Shown: piece after piece, positions 16,330 through 24,218 of the stretch
How positions within the stretch are numbered: the stretch's first letter is position 1
Layout: each line of letters begins with the position of its first letter
From: an uncultured Christensenella sp.
GTDB lineage: Bacteria > Bacillota > Clostridia > Christensenellales > Borkfalkiaceae
Direction: 5' to 3'
Length of the DNA stretch: 64,000 bases
NCBI GenBank assembly: GCA_910578065.1
Contig: CAJTPB010000009.1
Span: forward strand, 17,149-81,148
Made by a program: the position numbers and the translations under genes
The notes under the pieces: model-generated
Databases searched by the model: none
What the model was told of the DNA's origin: nothing
Seen by the model: only the letters and a program-made list of their open reading frames with translations

Positions 16330-16628
16330 GGGCAAAAACGTTTATATTCCTGGTTGCGTACCGGTAATTTTGGTTACCAGAAGTATTCGATCTGCATGAC
16401 CGTTGTTGATGATTACATTGCTGCTAACGTTGACACGCCGTATTGTCTGCGGCCGCGCTTCGCCCCGATCGTTTTAAAACGGACTCGCGTACCTGTACTG
16501 TGATTTACATACAGGCAGTAAGATGGGGCGGGAAGGGGTTTTTGTCCTGCGCTCGCAAAAGAGCCGAACCCGATCCGACCGTTTCCGCGGCGTAAAAAAT
16601 TTGCGGAAAAGTACGGTCGGATCTTTCG
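16330..16628 (+). ncRNA. Array unit F; cassette 16366-16443
   Basis: TGaTATAAT at 16315-16323. Stem CCTGTA/TACAGG at 16492-16497/16510-16515. Type-2 terminator with a weak T-run. Confidence 0.5.
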
Positions 16629-16707
16629 TATATCTGATTGGGAGCGGAATCGCTTTACAATTATTTGCGGGTTTGCTATAATACGCCCGATACAAAAGGA
16701 AACGGTT

Positions 16708-19089
16708 ATGGAAAAAGTAGTTATCGAAGAAACGAAAGCGCAAAAGCGTTCTTTCTATAAAACGGTATGGGCATTACTCATTCCCATAGCGTTGCAAAAT
16801 TTGATTACCGTAGGCGTAAGCGCGGCGGACGTTTTAATGCTTGGCGCAATCGGCGACGAAGCGGCGGCGGAAGTGGCGCTTTCCGCGGCGTCGCTTGCAG
16901 GGCAGGTTACGTTTATTTTTTCGCTGATCCTATTCGGGCTGAGTTCGGGCGCGGCGGTGCTTACCGCGCAGTACTGGGGCAAGGGCGATCGCGTTTCGGT
17001 GGAAAAAGTGCTTGCGCTTACCGTGCGGTTTGCCTATTGTTTCGGCATTCCCTTTTTTCTTGCCGCGCTGTGTTTGCCCGAACCGCTCGTGCGTGTGTTC
17101 GCGGGCGACGAAGCCGTTATCGCGGAAGGGGTAAAGTATCTGCGCATTGTATCCGCTTCGTACCTGTTCATGTCGTTCAGCGTGGTGTTTTTAAACGTAA
17201 TGCGCAGTGTGGAACGGGTGATTGTTTCTTCCGTCGTATACTTTGTTTCGCTGGTCGTAAACGTAATTTTAAACGCGGTGTTTATCTTCGGCGCGGGGGC
17301 GCTTCCCGCAATGGGCGTTTCGGGCGCGGCGATCGCAACGCTGTGCGCGCGGGTATTTGAATTTTGCATTGTCGTTGTGTATGCATGCGCGGCAAAACTT
17401 CCCGTGCGATTCCGCATTCGCTATTTGTTCCGTTCGGAGAAACAGTTGGTAAAAGATTATTTCCGTTATGCGGGTCCCGTGCTGCTGAACGAACTTTTTT
17501 GGGGAAGCGGCACCTCGGCGGTAACGGCGGTGATCGGTCATTTGGGCAACGCCGCTTCGGGGGCGAACGCCGTCGTGCAGGTGGTGCGTCAGCTCGGCGT
17601 CGTGTTTACGATGGGCGTTTCCAACGCCGCGGCGATCGTGATCGGCAAGACCATCGGCGAGGGCAGGGAAAAAGAAGCGCGCGTATATTCGGGGCGTTTG
17701 GTGTGCATGTCTGCGATCACGGGGGTGGCGAGCGCGGCGGTCGTGCTTTGCTGTATTCCCGTTTTAACGCGGCTGCTCGATTTAAGCGAAGAAGCGAAAA
17801 GCAATCTTATTATGATGCTTTGCGTGCTTGCGGTGTATATTTTATTTCAATCGGTCGCCTGCGTGATCGTAGTAGGACTGTTGCGGGCGGGCGGCGATAC
17901 GCGGTTCGGGCTGATCACCGACGTAGGGTTTTTATGGCTGTTTTCCGTGCCTGCGGGTGCGATTGCGGCGTTTGCTTTGCACGCGCCCTTGTGGGTAACG
18001 TACATTCTGCTTTCTTCCGACGAGGTGTTAAAGGCGGTTCCCGTGTTCTTGCGGTACCGTTCGGGGAAGTGGCTGAAAAACGTTACGCGCGATCGTCTCG
18101 AACAAAACGATTGCGTTTCCGCGGTTGAAACTGCGGCGGAATGTGGTATAATAGAAGAAGAGCAAGAAATAACGAAAGGGGAAGGCGGTATGGTTTTGGA
18201 AAGTTTCGACGGAAAAAAGATTTGCGTTTACGAATGGCTGAACGCGGAAGATCCCAAGGGGATCGTACAGATCGTGCACGGCATGACGGAGCATGCAACG
18301 CGGTACGAAGCGTTTGCGCGCTTTTTGAACGAACACGGTTTTTTGGTCGTTGCCGACGATCACCGCGGACATGGGGCAACCGATCCCGATACATTGGGCT
18401 ACTGCAAGGGGAATATGTTCCGCGATACGGTGACGGACGAGGGCATGATCACCGATCATTATAAGGCGAAGTTCCCCTATCTTCCCTACTTTGTGTTCGG
18501 ATTTTCGTACGGCTCGTTTTTAACGCAAAGTTACATCGGGCGGTTCGGCGATAAGATCGACGGCGCCGTGATCGGCGGAAGCAATTATAAAAAGGACGGC
18601 GAAGTTTACGCGGGTTCATTTGTAACGGCGGTTTGCAACTTTTTCGGCGGAGAGAAAAAGCCTGCGAAGCTGATCGAAAAACTTTCGTTCGGCGCGTACG
18701 AAAAGCAGTTCGAAGACGGGGAATGGTTAAGCAACGATCAAGAAAACAACGCCCGTTACCATGCCGACCGCCTATGCGGATTCACATGCTCTAACCGTTT
18801 TTATGCCGACTTTTTTAAGGGGCTGAAAAGTTTGTACACAAAAAAATATATCAAATCGCTGAATAAAGATTTGCCGCTGCTCCTTGTTGCGGGCGCGAAA
18901 GATCCCGTAGGCGATCAAGGCAAAGGCATGCAAAAACTGCGCGATTTTTATGCGGAAGAAGCGGGGGTAAAAGACGTGCGGCTTGTTCTGTTCGAAAATT
19001 CCCGTCACGAATTTTTAAACGAAAAAGAGAACGCGGAAGAAAAGCGGAATACCCTGTTGCAATTCTTCCAAGAGTTCGGCGCAAAATAA
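16708..19089 (+). CDS. MATE family efflux transporter (about the first 450 aa) fused in frame to an alpha/beta hydrolase (lysophospholipase/monoacylglycerol-lipase-like, about the last 310 aa)
   Basis: 12-TM MATE-like N-terminal part. The C-terminal part has HGMTEHATRYEAFARFL, DHRGHG and a GFSYGS nucleophile elbow. There is no stop between the two parts. Confidence 0.8.
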   Translation: MEKVVIEETKAQKRSFYKTVWALLIPIALQNLITVGVSAADVLMLGAIGDEAAAEVALSAASLAGQVTFIFSLILFGLSSGAAVLTAQYWGKGDRVSVEKVLALTVRFAYCFGIPFFLAALCLPEPLVRVFAGDEAVIAEGVKYLRIVSASYLFMSFSVVFLNVMRSVERVIVSSVVYFVSLVVNVILNAVFIFGAGALPAMGVSGAAIATLCARVFEFCIVVVYACAAKLPVRFRIRYLFRSEKQLVKDYFRYAGPVLLNELFWGSGTSAVTAVIGHLGNAASGANAVVQVVRQLGVVFTMGVSNAAAIVIGKTIGEGREKEARVYSGRLVCMSAITGVASAAVVLCCIPVLTRLLDLSEEAKSNLIMMLCVLAVYILFQSVACVIVVGLLRAGGDTRFGLITDVGFLWLFSVPAGAIAAFALHAPLWVTYILLSSDEVLKAVPVFLRYRSGKWLKNVTRDRLEQNDCVSAVETAAECGIIEEEQEITKGEGGMVLESFDGKKICVYEWLNAEDPKGIVQIVHGMTEHATRYEAFARFLNEHGFLVVADDHRGHGATDPDTLGYCKGNMFRDTVTDEGMITDHYKAKFPYLPYFVFGFSYGSFLTQSYIGRFGDKIDGAVIGGSNYKKDGEVYAGSFVTAVCNFFGGEKKPAKLIEKLSFGAYEKQFEDGEWLSNDQENNARYHADRLCGFTCSNRFYADFFKGLKSLYTKKYIKSLNKDLPLLLVAGAKDPVGDQGKGMQKLRDFYAEEAGVKDVRLVLFENSRHEFLNEKENAEEKRNTLLQFFQEFGAK

Positions 19090-19230
19090 TTAACGTACTA
19101 TCCCGCCTGAAAAGGGCGGGATTTATTCTATGCAATGTCATAAAAAGTCGTGATTGCGTTTTCATGATTTTTTAACAATTCTATGGTATAATGATATTGA
19201 AAAGATTGAAATAGAAAAGGGGGCGTTGCA

Positions 19231-19926
19231 ATGGAAGGAATCAAAGTTACCGATTTAAGAAAGAGTTACGGCACCGAACAAAATCCGATCCGCGCGCTCG
19301 ACGGTGCGAGTTTCGAGATCCGCGAAGGGGAATTCACCGTAGTCCTCGGTCCGAGCGGTTCGGGCAAAAGCACCCTTTTGAATATTTTAGGCGGAATGGA
19401 TACCGCCGATTCGGGCAGCGTTTCGGTATTCGGAAAAGACATTACCAAATACAGCGCAAAGCAGCTTGTAAACTATCGCCGCAAAGAGATCGGGTTCGTC
19501 TTTCAGTTTTACAACTTAATGCCCAACTTAACCGCGCTCGAAAACGTGGGCATCGCCCGTTTGGAAGGGGGCATGGACGAAAGCACCGCCTTAAACCGCG
19601 TGGGGCTTACCGAGCGCAAGGGCAACTTCCCCGCGCAGCTTTCGGGCGGGGAACAGCAGCGCGTCGCCATTGCGCGGGCGATCGTAAAAAAGCCGCGTCT
19701 GCTGTTGTGCGACGAACCGACGGGCGCGCTTGATTCCAAAACGGGGCAAAAGATCTTACTGCTTTTGCAAAGCCTGAAAGAGGAAGAGGGAACGACGGTC
19801 GTTATCGTAACCCACAACGCCAAACTCGCCGCCGTCGCCGACAGGGTGATCCGCATATCGGATGGAAAGGTACAGGAAAACACGGTGAACGAATCGCCGT
19901 TGCGGGCAGGTGAAGTAGAGTGGTAA
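19231..19926 (+). CDS. ABC transporter ATP-binding protein (MacB/FtsE/LolD-like)
   Basis: Walker A GPSGSGKST, signature LSGGEQQRVAIARA, Walker B LLLCDEPTGALD. Confidence 0.9.
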   Translation: MEGIKVTDLRKSYGTEQNPIRALDGASFEIREGEFTVVLGPSGSGKSTLLNILGGMDTADSGSVSVFGKDITKYSAKQLVNYRRKEIGFVFQFYNLMPNLTALENVGIARLEGGMDESTALNRVGLTERKGNFPAQLSGGEQQRVAIARAIVKKPRLLLCDEPTGALDSKTGQKILLLLQSLKEEEGTTVVIVTHNAKLAAVADRVIRISDGKVQENTVNESPLRAGEVEW

Positions 19927-22241
19927 ACGGACTTTTGATTAAGCTGATGCTGCGCGAGCTGAAAAAGAACTGGTTTCAGTACCTTTCCATGTTCGTTATC
20001 ACCGTGCTCGCGGTAACGCTGTTTTTGGGGTTTATCTCCAACACGCTCACCCTGCGCAGACGCGCCGATCTGTATTTGAAAGAAAGCAATCTTGCCGATC
20101 TCGTATTGCAGACAAGCGGCATGGAACAGGAGGATAGGGATTACCTCGAAGGACTGTCTTCCTTAAAGGCGCCCGTCGAATACCGCATGTATTCAGACGG
20201 CGAATTCGGTAAAACGGACGGCGATCACGCTTCCCGCAATACGGCGAAGATTTACGTTTTCGACGGGCAGATCAACAAGCCGTATTTGACCGAAGGGGAA
20301 GCGGGCGTGTTGATCGACCGCACGGTAGCCGAACTGTACGGCTACCGTATCGGCGACGAAATCGAAATAGAGTTCACCGCTTATTCGCTTAGTTTAACCT
20401 TTTCGATCAGCGGTTTTATGCATTCTGTGGAAGGGGTAAACATATACGCGAATTCCCCCGTGTTCATTACGGAAGAAACCTTTCAAACGGCTTTTTTCGG
20501 CACGTTCGAATACCCCGTGTCCGAACCTATGAAACGCGCGATTTTGCAAACCATGCGCAATCAAGCGCTGATCTTGTGCGAAAACGTTGCGCAGACGAAA
20601 GAGGAAATACAAGATACATTTGCGCAAAAGCCTGTGGATAATCTGTTGTTTGTATTCGACAGAAACAGCATGGAATCGGTCGTGATTTTAGATAACGAGG
20701 TAAAGCAGTCGCTGAACATGCTGTATATCTTCCCCGTGATCTTCTTCCTCGTTTCCGTTCTGGTGATCATGTCTACCATCAGTCGTTTGATCTTGCGCGA
20801 GCGCATCACCATCGGCACGATGAAAGCGCTTGGCATTTCCAACGGCAGAATCATTTTTCACTACGCGTTTATGAGCGCGGCAATCACCTTTTTCGGGTGC
20901 GTCGCGGGCGCGATCATCGGTCCGCTGATCGTGCCCGCCGTTATGACGATCAAATACGGCTTGATTTTTTCTCTGCCGCAAATGACGGGTACGGTGTTCA
21001 GCGCGGCGTGGACGTTCGGCACGGCGTTCGCGGTGTGCTTGCTGTCGCTATTGATCGGCGTATGGGCTTCCCGTTCGGTGATGAAAGAAAATCCCGCCGA
21101 GTGCATGCGCCCCAAGCAGGCGCATTACCGCCCCCGCACAAAAAAGCAATCGTCGAAAAACGCGGGGCAGTCGCTGCTCGCGCTGCGCATGGCGGCGCGC
21201 AATATCCGTATCAACCGCGGGCGTTCGCTTATGACGGTGGTCGGCATACTCGGTTGCAGCGCGCTGCTCGTAACCAGTTTCGGCATCGGCGATACAATGG
21301 CGGCTTCCGTTCAAAACGACTACGGCACGCTGTTTTATTACGACGTTTCCAGCCCTTACGTTTCCGCGCGGCAATCGGAATTTTTCGGCGCGCTGGAAGA
21401 AATGAAAGGGAACGGAACGGTCCAAACGTACGAGCGCACCAAGCAATATGTTGCTACCGCCTCTTCCGCGGGCGTGAATAAAGACGTTTCCGTTTACATT
21501 ATTCCGAAAGATTCCGCCATGACGCAGATGGCACAAACGGGTAATATCCTGTCCGAGATCACCGCTTCGATTTTAGGCGTAAAAGAGGGGGATACCCTAA
21601 CCTTTTCCCTGGGCGGGTGCGTAACGGAATATGCGATCGACGGCATTGTGACAACTTCTACTTGGAACGGATTTTTTACGACGGAAGATAAGTTTACGGG
21701 ATGTTTCGGATCGGAGAGCGTTTGGGTAAAAACGCAGTCGCCCGACGAAGTGCGCGACGCGCTCGATTTGGCAAACGGCAGTCAGATAGCCAAAACGATG
21801 GCGGATAAAATTGCAGAGATCGAAAACATGATCTCTTCCACCAACGCCATGAAGTATACGCTTATGGTGTTTGCGATTATGCTTTCGGTGGTGGTGCTTT
21901 ACAACCTTTCGCTGTTGAACGTGAAAGAGCGCACGCGCGACATGGCAACGTTAAAAGTGCTCGGCTTTACCGATTTCAGAATCGCCGGTTCGCTGATCGC
22001 GGAAATTATGATTTTAACTTTGATCGGTACGGCGATCGGCTGTCTGTTCGGGTACCCGCTTATGTATCTTGTAATGAAGTTGAACGAAATGGCGACGATG
22101 GCGTTCGTCTATTCCGTTTCCTTCGCTTCGTACGTGTGGTCGGCGGCGGTATCGCTGGGTACGAGCATGGCGATCAATTTAATGTTCGGCGCGCTGATTT
22201 CCAAAATCGGTATGACCGAATCGCTGAAAAGCGTAGAGTAG
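19920..22241 (+). CDS. ABC transporter permease with two FtsX/MacB-type domains
   Basis: 773 aa with a GTG start overlapping the ATPase stop. It contains two 4-TM FtsX modules separated by large extracytoplasmic regions. Confidence 0.85.
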   Translation: MVNGLLIKLMLRELKKNWFQYLSMFVITVLAVTLFLGFISNTLTLRRRADLYLKESNLADLVLQTSGMEQEDRDYLEGLSSLKAPVEYRMYSDGEFGKTDGDHASRNTAKIYVFDGQINKPYLTEGEAGVLIDRTVAELYGYRIGDEIEIEFTAYSLSLTFSISGFMHSVEGVNIYANSPVFITEETFQTAFFGTFEYPVSEPMKRAILQTMRNQALILCENVAQTKEEIQDTFAQKPVDNLLFVFDRNSMESVVILDNEVKQSLNMLYIFPVIFFLVSVLVIMSTISRLILRERITIGTMKALGISNGRIIFHYAFMSAAITFFGCVAGAIIGPLIVPAVMTIKYGLIFSLPQMTGTVFSAAWTFGTAFAVCLLSLLIGVWASRSVMKENPAECMRPKQAHYRPRTKKQSSKNAGQSLLALRMAARNIRINRGRSLMTVVGILGCSALLVTSFGIGDTMAASVQNDYGTLFYYDVSSPYVSARQSEFFGALEEMKGNGTVQTYERTKQYVATASSAGVNKDVSVYIIPKDSAMTQMAQTGNILSEITASILGVKEGDTLTFSLGGCVTEYAIDGIVTTSTWNGFFTTEDKFTGCFGSESVWVKTQSPDEVRDALDLANGSQIAKTMADKIAEIENMISSTNAMKYTLMVFAIMLSVVVLYNLSLLNVKERTRDMATLKVLGFTDFRIAGSLIAEIMILTLIGTAIGCLFGYPLMYLVMKLNEMATMAFVYSVSFASYVWSAAVSLGTSMAINLMFGALISKIGMTESLKSVE

Positions 22242-22245
22242 GATT

Positions 22246-23394
22246 ATGAAAGAGATTTATGCGTTATTAACGGAAAACCGAACGGGCATGTCTAAGGCAA
22301 CCTTTTCTTCCCCCGTAGAAGGGGCGGAATTTACGCGCGTCGTTCTGCGCCCCGTCCTTTTGGGGGGCGAAGAAAAATGGCAGGCGGAACGGTTTGCGGG
22401 CACAAAGGTTTTTCACCTTAATTTATCCGATACACAGCTGTTTGATTGGCTGGAAAAAACGGGGAAGGCGTATCGTCAGATCTGCGCAATGTTTGCGGGA
22501 AAAACGGTTACGTTTACCGCGCGCGCAAACGGGTATCGGCGTACGGAAACGGGCAACGCGCTTTCCGTGCCCGCCCCGCGCGGCAACAACCGCGAAAAGA
22601 ATTATCTTTTAAAAGAGGGGGAGCGTATTCCCGCCCTCGTCGATTTGGGGGTGTTTACCGAGGACTATAAAATCAAGTCGGATAAATACGATAAGTTCAA
22701 GCAGATCAACCGCTTTACCGAACTTGTAGACGACGCGCTGGGCAACGGAAAAAAAGAGGAGCTCACCATTGTCGATTTCGGGTGCGGGAAGTCTTATCTT
22801 ACGTTTATTTTATATTACTACTTGGTTATAAAAAAGGGAAAACGCGCGCGAATCATCGGGTACGATTTAAAGGCGGACGTCGTAAAGCGCTGCAACGAGA
22901 TCGCAAAGCGGTACGGTTACGAGGGGCTTTCTTTCTGCGTGAACGACGTAACGAAAGGGGGGCTTTACGAAGGCAAGGTAGACGCAGTGATCACGCTGCA
23001 CGCGTGCGATATTGCAACCGACTACGCGCTGCACTATGCGATCGAAAAAAACGCGGAAGATATTTTTTCCGTTCCCTGCTGCCAGCACGAGGTAAACGGA
23101 AGTATCCGCGCAGGCGGGGATTTCGATCTGCTTCTCGGACACGGGTTATTGAAAGAGCGGTTTTCCGCCCTTTTAACGGATGCGATCCGCGCGGAATTAT
23201 TAAAGCAATGCGGGTATTCGGTAGACGTTTTAGAGTTTGTCGATTTTTCCCATTCCCCCAAAAACATTATGTTGCGCGCGCATAAAAAGGCGGTTGCGGG
23301 CAAGCGCGATTTTTCCGCGGCGGAACGGTTGATAAAGACGTACCGCTTCCGTCAAACGCTGTACCGATTATTAAGCGAGGAGGGCGCAAAATGA
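22246..23394 (+). CDS. Class I SAM-dependent methyltransferase, substrate unknown
   Basis: Motif I IVDFGCGKSYLTF, followed by GYDL and VITLHACD. Confidence 0.7.
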   Translation: MKEIYALLTENRTGMSKATFSSPVEGAEFTRVVLRPVLLGGEEKWQAERFAGTKVFHLNLSDTQLFDWLEKTGKAYRQICAMFAGKTVTFTARANGYRRTETGNALSVPAPRGNNREKNYLLKEGERIPALVDLGVFTEDYKIKSDKYDKFKQINRFTELVDDALGNGKKEELTIVDFGCGKSYLTFILYYYLVIKKGKRARIIGYDLKADVVKRCNEIAKRYGYEGLSFCVNDVTKGGLYEGKVDAVITLHACDIATDYALHYAIEKNAEDIFSVPCCQHEVNGSIRAGGDFDLLLGHGLLKERFSALLTDAIRAELLKQCGYSVDVLEFVDFSHSPKNIMLRAHKKAVAGKRDFSAAERLIKTYRFRQTLYRLLSEEGAK

Positions 23395-24122
23395 AAAAAC
23401 GAATCGTTATGCCGTTGATCGCGGCGCTGCTGTCGCTTATTGCGCTTTGCTGTTTTTTCGGCTGCGGCGAAGAAGAAAACGTTGCGGGCGTTTACCGCAT
23501 GACCCGTTTGCAATACGTAAAAGACGGCGAGATTGTAACCGTAAACACGGGCGATTTATTAGACGGCGAAGTGATGACGGAAGATTTCGTCGTGCTGCAT
23601 TTAAACGAAGACGGCACGGCGAAACTTTCTATTACGGGGCAGGGTATTTCGGATGTGCGCGAGGGAAACTGGACGCGCGGCATGGGTAACAAAACGGAGA
23701 TTACGGTAGGCGATTTAAAACAAACGGTCGAAATGGAATGGGATCGGTTTACCTTCCGCATGGATAAATGGACGGTCACGTTTACGCGGCAGGGCAGCTT
23801 TGCGGGGCTTTATCGGCTTTCCTGTTTGCAGTATGCGGCGAACGGATTCGTCGTAACGGTAAACGCGGGCGAAACGTTTATGGATAAAGAACTGAAAGAG
23901 GACTTTATCACCATTGTACTGAACGAAGACGGCTCGCTGGTGCTTACCATAACGGACGGCGTAACGGACGTGACACAAGGAAGCTGGGCGGTAAATATGC
24001 AAGACAGCGAGCGCGCCGACCTTTCGTTTGCGGGAACCACGCAAACGGTAAAAATGGATCGTTACGGGTTTGTATTAAAAATAGACGAATGGACGATCAC
24101 CTTTTCGCGCGATAAAGTGTAG
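23391..24122 (+). CDS. Hypothetical lipoprotein built from two homologous ~100-aa halves
   Basis: Signal peptide with FFGCG lipobox. The pattern YR(M/L)..LQY...G..VTVN.G..... repeats twice. Confidence 0.6.
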   Translation: MKKRIVMPLIAALLSLIALCCFFGCGEEENVAGVYRMTRLQYVKDGEIVTVNTGDLLDGEVMTEDFVVLHLNEDGTAKLSITGQGISDVREGNWTRGMGNKTEITVGDLKQTVEMEWDRFTFRMDKWTVTFTRQGSFAGLYRLSCLQYAANGFVVTVNAGETFMDKELKEDFITIVLNEDGSLVLTITDGVTDVTQGSWAVNMQDSERADLSFAGTTQTVKMDRYGFVLKIDEWTITFSRDKV

Positions 24123-24218
24123 CCTTTTAACGGCGTTTTCGGAAAATTTTTCCAAAGGGTATTGATTTTTCCCCGATTCGCGGTATAATGGTGATATCAC
24201 GAATAAGGGGATTTTTTT

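Larger units (their letters stand above)
14713..16628 (+). repeat. Array of six tandem ~320-bp transcription units. Each unit is promoter, leader, 78-nt hypervariable cassette, structured 3' domain, terminator.
   Basis: The conserved GGTTGCGTTCCGG recurs with its TTG at 14752, 15074, 15394, 15715, 16034 and 16354. The flanks are nearly identical and the cassettes are divergent. Confidence 0.95.

Noticed and set aside
14713-16628. A CRISPR array, or another spacer-acquisition array
   Set aside because: The conserved part is ~240 bp long and contains a promoter and a terminator. The variable parts are all exactly 78 nt and are homologous to one another at the peptide level, rather than being unrelated captured spacers. 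No cas genes or leader are present.
14713-16628. A diversity-generating retroelement (template repeat / variable repeat pairs)
   Set aside because: Differences between cassettes are spread over all four bases, not restricted to adenines. There are six mutually divergent copies rather than one TR with matching VRs. No reverse transcriptase or avd-like gene is in the window. It is kept only as a formal analogy in the findings.
14790-16743. Minus-strand ORFs running through the array (MPVFMIPYRTKKVQPF... and others, 60-135 aa)
   Set aside because: They start at TTG inside the + strand promoter and read antisense through the terminators. They are thrown into different frames in different units by 1-nt indels. 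The synonymous-site pattern in the cassettes supports only the + strand frame.
16708-19089. Treating the MATE and hydrolase parts as two separate genes
   Set aside because: There is no stop codon anywhere in the frame between the two domains. As sequenced, this is one ORF. The possibility of a sequencing error is listed under findings.
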